This document shows positions 7,906-16,225 of a DNA stretch of 64,000 bases, in pieces (positions within the stretch are counted from its first letter, which is position 1; each line of letters begins with the position of its first letter). The position numbers and the translations under genes were made by a program. The stretch is from the IMG/VR virus record IMGVR_UViG_3300037307_000289, one strand, 5' to 3'. This DNA comes from a virus. The notes beneath the pieces are model-generated. The model searched no databases. It was not told the DNA's origin and worked only from the letters and a program-made list of their open reading frames with translations.

Positions 7906-8127
7906 CTATTCCTCGTCGTAAACTAGCTTTGATCTAAAATAATTTTCTAGAACATCACAATTATTTTCCTGTGTACAAATCATTTTAACTAAACATGTTC
8001 TACATGGGCATTCAGCTACAAATCTTTTGAATCCTCTCACTGAAAACTTCTCTAATATCTCTTGATCTGTATATTCATGGCACTGTTTTGTATTATCAAA
8101 TCTTAATGCACATTTAACACAGCTCAT
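7906..8127 (-). CDS. CPC-CLVK family mini-protein (73 aa)
   Basis: MSCVKCALRF; ECPCRTCLVKMIC. Confidence 0.7.
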   Translation of the reverse strand: MSCVKCALRFDNTKQCHEYTDQEILEKFSVRGFKRFVAECPCRTCLVKMICTQENNCDVLENYFRSKLVYDEE

Positions 8128-8384
8128 TTCTTTCCTTTCTTAATTAGATCTAGTTCATCAATTAAGATCCAGTTAAATTCAATAGAGAATTGTTTAGTTT
8201 CTATCTTACTTTTAGAGTCTTGGAACAACTTCCGGAATTCGCCTCTCCAGAAGTTGTCCCTCCTCTCTATATATTCATGACAAGAATCAGAACACATAAC
8301 TTTAACTACACAATACATGCAAGGGCAGTTATCTAACGGCGGGCACTTTTCTATTTTTAAACATCCCTGACATTGCTCTTTCAT
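8124..8384 (-). CDS. CPC-CLVK family mini-protein (86 aa)
   Basis: CQGCLKIEKC; NCPCMYCVVKVMCSDSC. Confidence 0.65.
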   Translation of the reverse strand: MKEQCQGCLKIEKCPPLDNCPCMYCVVKVMCSDSCHEYIERRDNFWRGEFRKLFQDSKSKIETKQFSIEFNWILIDELDLIKKGKK

Positions 8385-8583
8385 TTTTTAACTGCTCCCT
8401 CAGTCTTATTCTATGAAATTCATCACAATATTCTTCACATGTTACTTTAACTATGCAATTTTTACATGGACACTTTAACATATCTTTATATTGTATGTAG
8501 CATTTAGAAACTCTAGCTTCAGTTATACACCCTTTACAAGTCTTTCTGAATCTAGGTTTTGTTTTTTTCTTTCCAGACTTCAT
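8329..8583 (-). CDS. CPC-CLVK family mini-protein (84 aa)
   Basis: CKGCITE; KCPCKNCIVKVTCEEYC. Confidence 0.65.
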   Translation of the reverse strand: MKSGKKKTKPRFRKTCKGCITEARVSKCYIQYKDMLKCPCKNCIVKVTCEEYCDEFHRIRLREQLKNERAMSGMFKNRKVPAVR

Positions 8584-8749
8584 TTATTTCCTTCAATGAG
8601 TAGTAGTATTTTTCACAATCTCTATCACATGTAACTTTGACTAGACATAATCTACAGACGCATACCTCAATACCTTCATTAAATACGTAGAACACTCTAC
8701 ATAGTTTTTTCTTTTTATTGTATTTTCTACACCCAAGACAGTCGTTCAT
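8552..8749 (-). CDS. CPC-CLVK family mini-protein (65 aa)
   Basis: CLGCRKY; CVCRLCLVKVTCDRDC. Confidence 0.65.
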   Translation of the reverse strand: MNDCLGCRKYNKKKKLCRVFYVFNEGIEVCVCRLCLVKVTCDRDCEKYYYSLKEINEVWKEKNKT

Positions 8750-9936
8750 TCTTTCATTGATATTACTGGTTTTATTCTGTCAATTATTTCTGCAGTTGGG
8801 TCTATTGCTGCTTCAATTACTTTAGGATCTTTATATGCACCCTTTAATTCATCAGTTGGTAACCTGGAAAAATAGATTCCTTTCTCTTTCATACGGTCGC
8901 TTGCTTCTTTATTAGATAGATTCTCATTAGCCCATTTTCTTGAACCTATACGGCCAGCGCCATGAGGGGCAGAATAGTTCCATTCTCGATTACTTTTACC
9001 TTTACATAGAAGTATTCCGTCCTCCATATTAAATGGAATAATAATTTCCTGATCTTTATATGCAGAGATTGCACCTTTTCTAATAATAAAATCTCTAAAA
9101 TCAACATAGTTATGAACTGAACTAACAATTCTATTTGATACTATACTTTTATTAAGTTCTTTCTTTAATACTTTCATAATTTCTTCCATCATGACTATTC
9201 TATTTACTAGTGCATATGTTTGAGCAATCAGAAGATCAACTAGATAATCAAACATATCTGCTCCCTCTAAATATGACAGAGGATGTTTTCCAGCTTTCTT
9301 CTGATGATAATTTGCACTTTTCAATCCATATTGTCTTGACCCTGAATGAATTGTAATCCAGGTATTCCCAGTAGTTTGTGATTCACCAACTTCAATAAAA
9401 TGATTTCCACCACCAAGAGTTCCTAATGATTTAACTACCCTGTCATAAGCTATACCAAACTTATCACATCTTTCTTTTATAGAATCAACACTTATAAATG
9501 GGGTTATATGTTTAGTTTGAAACTTACTATCATATTTTTCAGTGAATGTGACTAACTGAGGATTTACTAATGCTAAAAGTAATCCTATTCTATATTCAAT
9601 AAAATCCTTATTTACATCTGTACCAAACGGTATAACACTACGGATTAACCCGTCTATGCGCTCAGGAGAGAGATCTTTAAGTGTGCCTTGTCCTATATCA
9701 AATGATAACATTCCACATCCCTTATCGACTCCTATTACGTTTGGGATCACCTTGTTAGGCAACTCCATTGTAAATCCAATGACAGCTCCCTTTCCTGCAT
9801 GAGTATCAGGCATAATTGAAACTGGATTTGTAAATGCTTCATGACTAATAAACTCATATATTTGTTTCATTGTTTCTTCATCAATATTATCAATCAATAC
9901 TAAAGCAGTTGTGTATTTGCCTCTTACTTTAAACAT
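8746..9936 (-). CDS. rtcB: RtcB-family RNA 3'-phosphate/tRNA-splicing ligase (396 aa)
   Basis: Signature RtcB motifs are present: IMPDTHAGKG, GVDKGCGM, GGGNHFIEV and a C-terminal HNYV. Length is typical for the family. Confidence 0.9.
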   Translation of the reverse strand: MFKVRGKYTTALVLIDNIDEETMKQIYEFISHEAFTNPVSIMPDTHAGKGAVIGFTMELPNKVIPNVIGVDKGCGMLSFDIGQGTLKDLSPERIDGLIRSVIPFGTDVNKDFIEYRIGLLLALVNPQLVTFTEKYDSKFQTKHITPFISVDSIKERCDKFGIAYDRVVKSLGTLGGGNHFIEVGESQTTGNTWITIHSGSRQYGLKSANYHQKKAGKHPLSYLEGADMFDYLVDLLIAQTYALVNRIVMMEEIMKVLKKELNKSIVSNRIVSSVHNYVDFRDFIIRKGAISAYKDQEIIIPFNMEDGILLCKGKSNREWNYSAPHGAGRIGSRKWANENLSNKEASDRMKEKGIYFSRLPTDELKGAYKDPKVIEAAIDPTAEIIDRIKPVISMKE

Positions 9937-10196
9937 TACTTTCCTCTCTTTCTTCTTTTTATACTGATATAAGTAACATCGTTTAGAGTTAAATCTTTGT
10001 GCATCTTCCCCATTTTATCCTTTTCTTTACATCTATTCTTACACATTGGTTTGACCACACATGTTTTACATGGGCAATCTTTAAAATATTTCTTAATCAT
10101 CCAACATGCAACTAATAATTCTCCTATAGACCACAGATCTGGGATCTTACATCCTGAGCATTCTTTGTTTGGATTTATTTTTAAGTTCTGCCGCAT
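9936..10196 (-). CDS. CPC-CLVK family mini-protein (86 aa)
   Basis: CSGCKIP; DCPCKTCVVKPMCKNRC. Confidence 0.7.
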   Translation of the reverse strand: MRQNLKINPNKECSGCKIPDLWSIGELLVACWMIKKYFKDCPCKTCVVKPMCKNRCKEKDKMGKMHKDLTLNDVTYISIKRRKRGK

Positions 10197-10389
10197 ATCC
10201 TATTGGGTTACTCCTTAGAAATCTAAAGTCATCACACGAAACATCACACATAGTAATAATCAAACATTTTATACATGGGCATATAGGTCTATTTTCTTTT
10301 GATACCGGGCAAAGTTTGGTTCCATTAGTTTTTATTTGTTGAATATAAGCGGAACAACTTTTACACTCTTCCAGAAATGAACTTTCCAT
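10147..10389 (-). CDS. CPC-CLVK family mini-protein, divergent core (80 aa); first gene of the leftward array
   Basis: CKSCSAY; ICPCIKCLIITMCDVSC. Confidence 0.65.
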   Translation of the reverse strand: MESSFLEECKSCSAYIQQIKTNGTKLCPVSKENRPICPCIKCLIITMCDVSCDDFRFLRSNPIGYAAELKNKSKQRMLRM

Positions 10390-10416
10390 TTAATAACCTC
10401 ACACATGTATTTATAT

Positions 10417-10434
10417 GGGATCATTTATGATCCC
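10417..10434. promoter_or_regulatory. perfect 18-bp palindrome GGGATCATTTATGATCCC in the divergent intergenic region
   Basis: 8-bp arms with a 2-bp centre lie between the start of the minus-strand array (10389) and the plus-strand ORF. Candidate operator. Confidence 0.3.
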
Positions 10435-10511
10435 TTCGAGAAGTCTATTTGAACTATATATATTAATATTTGAAATCATTGAATTTAACTCTAACTTTAG
10501 GAGGGATAACT

Positions 10512-10841
10512 ATGTTTAAAGCTTTCGATTTGGGAAAACCGTCAGATATTTCTATCTGTGGAAAGTGTAGATTTATTAACAAAAATACCTGTATGAATCC
10601 ATTTTCGTTTTCCTTTCAGAGCAGGGTTCTCGACGGGTATATTTCCTGCACGAAGTTCAGCAGAAGACCTGAGGAAAAACAGGATTGCTCTAAGTGTCAT
10701 CTGGGGGGAGACTGTCCGATGACTCCAGATACCTGTCCCGGAGCAATCGACAAGAAACAGGTTGAGATGGTTATGCAGGACAGCTCTCCGATGGGGGAAA
10801 TACTCAGGTCTATCCTACTTGACTTGAAGCCGAATCGGTAG
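10512..10841 (+). CDS. Cys-rich hypothetical protein (about 109 aa from the internal Met), GC-richer than its surroundings
   Basis: A strong RBS AGGAGGG lies 6 nt before the internal ATG at 10512 (MFKAFDLGKPSD..). The track ORF starts at 10470 without an RBS. Multiple Cys (CGKC, CSKCHLGGDCP). Codon GC is visibly higher than in neighbouring genes. Confidence 0.4.
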   Translation: MFKAFDLGKPSDISICGKCRFINKNTCMNPFSFSFQSRVLDGYISCTKFSRRPEEKQDCSKCHLGGDCPMTPDTCPGAIDKKQVEMVMQDSSPMGEILRSILLDLKPNR

Positions 10842-10849
10842 GAAATCAG

Positions 10850-10876
10850 GGAGTAAGGACTAGAAATCCTTACTCC
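10850..10876. other. perfect 10-bp stem hairpin (ggagtaagga / tccttactcc, 7-nt loop) between convergent genes
   Basis: Read directly, immediately after the TAG stop at 10839-10841. No U-tract on either strand. Confidence 0.4.
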
Positions 10877-10886
10877 ATGACAAGTA

Positions 10887-11210
10887 TTAGTGAAATGATA
10901 AATAATCTCTTGGTGGGAATTCCCTTTCAATGAAAGGATTCTCTATTAATAAACAAATACCATCAGTATTTTTTCCTTGTTCTTTCAATCTTTTTATAAT
11001 TTCTTTTAGGGTTGGTTCATAGTTTGATCTAAAGTAAGAACAATCCCCAACAATTTTTTTTGCTATTGAATGATTATGATAAGAAGATTCCCCAGTCATT
11101 TTTTCTTGCTCATATCTAGCTCTACAACATGGAAAAGTTATACAACTTCTACATAAACAATCTGGATCTTTTCTAGCACCCAAGAAATACCTCGCAATAG
11201 TTTTTACCAA
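10887..11210 (-). CDS. hypothetical Cys-containing protein (107 aa)
   Basis: ORF only. CLCRSC..PCC motif. No family recognised. Confidence 0.4.
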   Translation of the reverse strand: MVKTIARYFLGARKDPDCLCRSCITFPCCRARYEQEKMTGESSYHNHSIAKKIVGDCSYFRSNYEPTLKEIIKRLKEQGKNTDGICLLIENPFIEREFPPRDYLSFH

Positions 11211-11511
11211 AGTCTGTTAAGGTAATATCTCCATCCATATTAACTTCAATCATTCTCTTAAGTTTTAATGTCCCTAATACAATTTCAAGTTGTTTTGGTC
11301 TCCAATCCAAAGTAGCTAACAAAACATCGTCAGCAATAGCACCAGTCTTTTTGCACTGCTCATAAATAGCTTTTAATGCTTTAGCTTCGTTTGGTTCAGC
11401 TTGACCATCTTCACATACTTTCTTGGTTCTCCTGTTCAACCAAGTAATGAATCCTATAACCAAAATTAAAAAAATACCACCTATAACTAACAACAATACT
11501 GCCTCTGCCAT
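11173..11511 (-). CDS. hypothetical membrane-anchored protein (112 aa), N-terminal TM helix
   Basis: The N-terminal hydrophobic segment LLLVIGGIFLILVIGFITWL is followed by a soluble domain. Confidence 0.45.
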   Translation of the reverse strand: MAEAVLLLVIGGIFLILVIGFITWLNRRTKKVCEDGQAEPNEAKALKAIYEQCKKTGAIADDVLLATLDWRPKQLEIVLGTLKLKRMIEVNMDGDITLTDFGKNYCEVFLGC

Positions 11512-11521
11512 TGTTCCTCCT

Positions 11522-11785
11522 TCACGGATAGAAGTTTAGTTGCTTGTCTAATTCTGAGTTCACTTTGATTATTTCAAATAATGTTAGTGAATCTTTTTTT
11601 GTTACACCACAATAAGGACATTCAAAATCTGATTTTAAAGCAGTTAAACCTTTTTGAATAGCTAGCTCAAAAAATATTCCACAGTTTGGGCATCTCAATA
11701 CAATTTTATACTGATTAGGTCCAACCTCGACTGTTTTGAATAATCTATTCTTTGATGCTGCGGGAGGTCTTCCAGACGGGCTCAT
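11522..11785 (-). CDS. zinc-ribbon hypothetical protein (87 aa)
   Basis: CPNC..(x19)..CPYC pair. Confidence 0.45.
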   Translation of the reverse strand: MSPSGRPPAASKNRLFKTVEVGPNQYKIVLRCPNCGIFFELAIQKGLTALKSDFECPYCGVTKKDSLTLFEIIKVNSELDKQLNFYP

Positions 11786-11844
11786 CTTTCTCCTTTCGAT
11801 TTGAAAAAATAAGTTCTCTTCTTCAAATATTAATATATATAGTT

Positions 11845-12345
11845 CTATTCAACCAAACCATCATCAACTGCCATACTATAAGCTACTGATAATGGAGTCA
11901 TTGCACCGAGATGATATTCGTCTCTTGCAATATTTGATCCAACAAAACGACAATCCTTATCATGCCCATATCTCGCTATCAACAGTATATTATCAACTGG
12001 AGCGAGAGAACTTCTGTAATACATATCATAGACATCCGGGCCAACCTCTGTGGTGCCTAAGAAGTTCAGGGAAGGTTCTGGATTAAAATAACATTGTATT
12101 CCTGCTTCTATTAAGCTTTCATCTTCAAAGATTTTAAACTTACACTTTGGAAAATAAATATCAGGGAGTTCAGGAAATTCTATTTTTAATTCCTTTTTAA
12201 TAATTTCATTTGTTTCTCTTATAATAATGTATTTGCTTAAAGGATCCCAAATTTGAGTCATATATATTTCAACTTTTTCTTGAACGGATTCTAGTAAATA
12301 GTCTCTAGCTTTAATAAATAAACTAACAAGTTCTTCATCATCCAT
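11845..12345 (-). CDS. hypothetical acidic protein (166 aa)
   Basis: ORF with consistent AT-rich codon usage in the operon context. Confidence 0.45.
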   Translation of the reverse strand: MDDEELVSLFIKARDYLLESVQEKVEIYMTQIWDPLSKYIIIRETNEIIKKELKIEFPELPDIYFPKCKFKIFEDESLIEAGIQCYFNPEPSLNFLGTTEVGPDVYDMYYRSSLAPVDNILLIARYGHDKDCRFVGSNIARDEYHLGAMTPLSVAYSMAVDDGLVE

Positions 12346-12399
12346 TGCTATATCTCCGTCAATGGTAGGATTAGAGGGAGGGTTTCCCCTCCCTCATAA

Positions 12400-12879
12400 T
12401 TAGTTTTCTTTGATTAGGTCAGCTGCAATTAAAACTTCAACAACACTTGGTTCAATTGATTGTGGTAAATCTTCAAATGAAATTTTAAATGGATTTGATA
12501 GTGTAAATTCTTCATCAACAATCTTTTCAAATTCTTTAATCTGTGCTTCTCTTTGTTCAATAGCTGACTTAAACTTTTTCTTTAGTTTATTCATTTCTTT
12601 TTCAAATGCATCAGCCTTCGCTACAATAACAAATGAGTTATTTTGAATCATTGGTTTTCCAGCAGAATCTTTATCTGAATACTCTTGAGCTAGTTTGACT
12701 CTCTCAAGTTCAAAATCTAGAAAATCTTGATCTGGTTTTCTTGCCTCATCCAATGCGTCAACTTCCGACTTAATAGCAATTCTATTCTTAGCTAAAAAAT
12801 AACTAAACTTAACTCCATACTTCATGTCACCAAAACGATTAAACACCTCATTCAAACGCAATACATCTAATTTCTTCAT
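12400..12879 (-). CDS. hypothetical coiled-coil protein (159 aa)
   Basis: ORF with a Lys/Glu-rich helical region. Confidence 0.45.
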   Translation of the reverse strand: MKKLDVLRLNEVFNRFGDMKYGVKFSYFLAKNRIAIKSEVDALDEARKPDQDFLDFELERVKLAQEYSDKDSAGKPMIQNNSFVIVAKADAFEKEMNKLKKKFKSAIEQREAQIKEFEKIVDEEFTLSNPFKISFEDLPQSIEPSVVEVLIAADLIKEN

Positions 12880-12903
12880 TGTTTCCTGTTCCTTTCTTAT
12901 TAG

Positions 12904-13410
12904 TTAACAGCCACAACAACTGTTTTCATTATTTTGTTCTAAATCACAAGAACTTTTTCCCTCTGCTTCATCCAATAAAACATTTAAATATGGAATGCTT
13001 AAATCATAAGCTGGAGGCAGCCATCCTTTATAAGTATATAATTGTTCTAATGTTTTCTTCATAGCATCTGAAGATTTTGTGACTATAAATGACGAAGCTA
13101 TTAATACTTTTATACATTTGCAATATACAAAAATATCTTCATCTTGTTTTAAATTGTTATTCCAGTTGAAAATCAATTCACAAAAACCCTCTAAGAATTG
13201 ACCATACTTTCCACTGGTATTTTGATCAATACAAAATGTTACTAATTCCCTAGTAATCTTTTTACAAAAGTCAATATCAAATTCTTCAACTCTCTCATCT
13301 TTTTGGAGAGACGAAATATGTTGCATTATTAATAAGTAAAACTCCTTAAATTCTGGTGGGTATTCATCTATACTATTTTCTATAAACTGAATTGTTCTAT
13401 TAAAGTCCAC
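12904..13410 (-). CDS. hypothetical helical protein (168 aa) ending in CCGC, immediately downstream of radical SAM enzyme 1
   Basis: Stop/start coupled to 13412..14740. C-terminal ..NENSCCGC. Confidence 0.45.
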   Translation of the reverse strand: MDFNRTIQFIENSIDEYPPEFKEFYLLIMQHISSLQKDERVEEFDIDFCKKITRELVTFCIDQNTSGKYGQFLEGFCELIFNWNNNLKQDEDIFVYCKCIKVLIASSFIVTKSSDAMKKTLEQLYTYKGWLPPAYDLSIPYLNVLLDEAEGKSSCDLEQNNENSCCGC

Positions 13411-13411
13411 T

Positions 13412-14740
13412 TTAAAAACCCCCTTTATATTTTTCGTAATAAAGTTTTAAAGACTGTTTTTGTTCTTCACAAACGAAACTATAAATGTAAGGATGAAGTC
13501 CCAAGTCGTATATTTCATCTAACATAGCTTTAACTTTGGCATGTTCTAATAAACAAACAGTTGGGATAGGAGTGAATGTTGTTGAGTTAGTTTCATACAT
13601 TGATCCCCAACACTGTCCACAACATAAATGTTTTATAAGACAAGTTTGACAATATGGAAAATTATCTTCATCAACGCTGGTCCATGCAGTAAGTAAAGAT
13701 GCATTTAGAGCCTTTATTCCAGATATTTCATTATTTTCTATTTCAAATTTCCATAAGTTGTGAGGTTTATAAGATGCTCTATGACAAATAGAATGAGTTA
13801 AATCGCCTAATCTCAATTGAATTGTGTTTTGTACTGAGCATCCGCTGCCTCTTCCAACCCTTCCAAACATACTAAATAAATTACTAAGTCTACTATTTCT
13901 AAGATTAGTCATAAACTTATCTGGGTCATTCCCAACTTTAATATAGTAATAATTAACTAAAAATCTCATAAATTTATAGAAGTCATCTATTTGTTTTATT
14001 GTCCATTCTACATTTCTTACTTCTAAGAAATAAATTGAATCCCAAGACATTTTATGTTTTTCAAACATTTCTTGAAACCATAAATAATTTTGTTTCCACT
14101 TATGAATATTTTTACTATACATCATTGGATGAAATGCATAACTATACTTTGAACAAAACTTAAATAAGTCGTCATAGTATTTATCATCTCTAACTTTACC
14201 ACTTATAAATGGTCTATTTTCATCAACATATTTCCCATCAACTGATGCACTTAAATAAATATAGGTCCCATTATCGAATGCTTTATTAATTAGATATTCG
14301 ACTTTTTTAGTTTTTTCTTTACTAAAAATGAATGACATATTGGTTGGGATAACTACATAATGTGTTTGACATAAATCATTTCTAATATAGAAATCCAATA
14401 TTTTTTCAATTAAAACGAAACCAGCGTATTGAGCAAATACCTCTCCTGAGAATGGTTCTATAATAGGATAAAGCTCATTTTTTTCTAACCACTTAATAAG
14501 AATATCGAAATTATCTAATACTCTTTTTGGATTAGATATATCGTCTGGATATATTTGATCTTTATACTTTGCATAATAACAGTAAGTACATTCTAGATCA
14601 CACTTTGCATTTAACTGAACTTCTAACTTTGCAAAGTTGCCATATTTTTCTTTATCTGATAGATTTTCTCTTTTCCATGCGTTAAAAAAAGTTCTATCTA
14701 AAAAACTTTTTACTAATAGATCATCATGATTTAAAATCAT
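13412..14740 (-). CDS. radical SAM enzyme with C-terminal SPASM domain (peptide/protein-modifying type, 442 aa)
   Basis: CDLECTYCYY gives the CxxxCx(Y)C radical SAM cluster motif. The C-terminal CQTCLIKHLCCGQC gives the canonical SPASM Cx2Cx5Cx3C motif. Confidence 0.8.
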   Translation of the reverse strand: MILNHDDLLVKSFLDRTFFNAWKRENLSDKEKYGNFAKLEVQLNAKCDLECTYCYYAKYKDQIYPDDISNPKRVLDNFDILIKWLEKNELYPIIEPFSGEVFAQYAGFVLIEKILDFYIRNDLCQTHYVVIPTNMSFIFSKEKTKKVEYLINKAFDNGTYIYLSASVDGKYVDENRPFISGKVRDDKYYDDLFKFCSKYSYAFHPMMYSKNIHKWKQNYLWFQEMFEKHKMSWDSIYFLEVRNVEWTIKQIDDFYKFMRFLVNYYYIKVGNDPDKFMTNLRNSRLSNLFSMFGRVGRGSGCSVQNTIQLRLGDLTHSICHRASYKPHNLWKFEIENNEISGIKALNASLLTAWTSVDEDNFPYCQTCLIKHLCCGQCWGSMYETNSTTFTPIPTVCLLEHAKVKAMLDEIYDLGLHPYIYSFVCEEQKQSLKLYYEKYKGGF

Positions 14741-14756
14741 ATACTAAACCTTTCAT

Positions 14757-15209
14757 TTAAACTTTACTAGTTCTGTTGGTACCATAATATGTTGAATTGA
14801 CCGATACATAATTAGTATTATTAACAGATCCATTATAGGGGCTAGCTAAATATGATGCATTATATGAAGAACAATCTGAAGTATAATACCCGCCACAATA
14901 TCCTGGATAGTATCCACCATTATTACTACTATAATATGGTGAAGAATAATTAGGAGTAGTTAAATTAGAACCATCATTACTATTATAATGTGGAGTATTT
15001 CTAATAGCAACCAAGTATGATCCATCATTGGTAGTATAATGTGGTAAAGCTTGAACTGACGAATAGTGTGGTGTGCTTCTAACAGTTACGTTATATGCAA
15101 CATTTGCTCTATTATTATCCAAAAAGTCTGCATTGGTTCTTACTTCACTCAAATAACTGAATGAAACTTTTGATTGTCCTTGTGTAACTCCTGACCAAGT
15201 GAATGCCAT
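14757..15209 (-). CDS. Tyr/Ser/Asn/His-rich repeat protein (150 aa) with reiterated (T/S)P(H/N/Y)Y(S/T)(S/T) motifs; candidate modification substrate
   Basis: TPHYSS, LPHYTT, TPHYNS, TPNYSS and SPYYSS repeats. N-terminus MAFTWSGVT is shared with two other proteins in the cluster. Confidence 0.5.
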   Translation of the reverse strand: MAFTWSGVTQGQSKVSFSYLSEVRTNADFLDNNRANVAYNVTVRSTPHYSSVQALPHYTTNDGSYLVAIRNTPHYNSNDGSNLTTPNYSSPYYSSNNGGYYPGYCGGYYTSDCSSYNASYLASPYNGSVNNTNYVSVNSTYYGTNRTSKV

Positions 15210-15239
15210 TTTTAGATTCCTCTTTTAATAAATTAGTTA

Positions 15240-15785
15240 TTACGAATAAGATACATTGTGTGGTGTAGCTCTATAAGACCCCATATGAGATGATCTTTGA
15301 GTCGCCTGAACAGATGTATAATGCCCACTAAGTCTATGAGTATTATAGTGAATACTATAATGAGGGCCACTTCTATGAGAACCATGATATGTACCATAAA
15401 ACCCAGTATCTACATTATTATTATAACTACTATTGTGGGTTCCATGATGCCCTGTATCTACATTATTTTGATAACTTGAATAATGAGGTCCAGACCTATT
15501 TGTACTATTGTGTGTAGTAAAATGAGATGAACAAACATTGTTATCATGAACATAATCCAAGGCATTTCTTAGTTCGACAAAATCATCATATTCAATTTTT
15601 CCAGCAGTAGCAACTGGCAATTCACTCCATGAATAATTTGAAATGCCTAGATTTGCACATAAAGTATCGGTGTTTGTTTTTGCCTCATTAAAATGAGTTG
15701 GAATAATTTTTGTCCCTGCTGATACTGAAGTCCATGAGAAAGACATTTTAATTTTCCTCTTTAATAATATTGAAATAGTGTTCAC
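15240..15785 (-). CDS. His/Tyr/Ser/Asn-rich repeat protein (about 181 aa), paralogous to 14757..15209; start uncertain because it overlaps the upstream ORF by about 38 nt
   Basis: N-terminus ..MSFSWTSVSAG. Repeats GPHYSS, GPHYSI and SGHYTS. Confidence 0.5.
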   Translation of the reverse strand: MNTISILLKRKIKMSFSWTSVSAGTKIIPTHFNEAKTNTDTLCANLGISNYSWSELPVATAGKIEYDDFVELRNALDYVHDNNVCSSHFTTHNSTNRSGPHYSSYQNNVDTGHHGTHNSSYNNNVDTGFYGTYHGSHRSGPHYSIHYNTHRLSGHYTSVQATQRSSHMGSYRATPHNVSYS

Positions 15786-16224
15786 TAATTTTAAACCCTG
15801 GAACGTTTAAACAGTTAATCTCGTTTGTTAATCTAGAACAAGTTTCTTCTAAAAGTCTTATTTTTTCTAAAAGTGGTGATGAATCAGATGTTACCCTTCG
15901 CAAAAATGAAATTCTTTCTTGCAGATCTTCATTTCTATAAAAATCTTTACAGAAATTTTCAACTATAATAACAAAAGATAGTATGAAATCTTTTAACTCG
16001 GGTTCTAGAAACCTTGAGTACATAATGCCTAGTAAATGTTCTGTACACTTCATTAATAAATTTCCATCAATATTATCTGGAGTTTTTCCTTCTGCTTTTA
16101 ACTTAAATGATAGTTCCATCATTTCCAAAACAAAAAAATACTCAATACCAAGTTCTTTTGAGAAAACATAACATGATCTAGGAGATGATAGAAAAAATCT
16201 ACAAATTTCAAAAAGTTGTTCCAT
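15748..16224 (-). CDS. hypothetical helical protein (158 aa) immediately downstream of radical SAM enzyme 2
   Basis: ORF coupled to 16226..17584. Same positional relationship as 12904..13410 has to radical SAM enzyme 1. Confidence 0.45.
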   Translation of the reverse strand: MEQLFEICRFFLSSPRSCYVFSKELGIEYFFVLEMMELSFKLKAEGKTPDNIDGNLLMKCTEHLLGIMYSRFLEPELKDFILSFVIIVENFCKDFYRNEDLQERISFLRRVTSDSSPLLEKIRLLEETCSRLTNEINCLNVPGFKISEHYFNIIKEEN

Positions 16225-16225
16225 A

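Noticed and set aside
1532-10389. Possibility that the tandem array is a CRISPR-like or non-coding repeat array
   Set aside because: The units are 200-420 bp with intact ORFs, RBS-like spacing, coupled stop/start overlaps, and conservation at the protein level (Cys codons) rather than the nucleotide level.
10697-10930. 77-aa minus-strand ORF overlapping the end of the plus-strand Cys-rich ORF
   Set aside because: It overlaps the RBS-supported plus gene and the terminal hairpin, and its composition is low-complexity.
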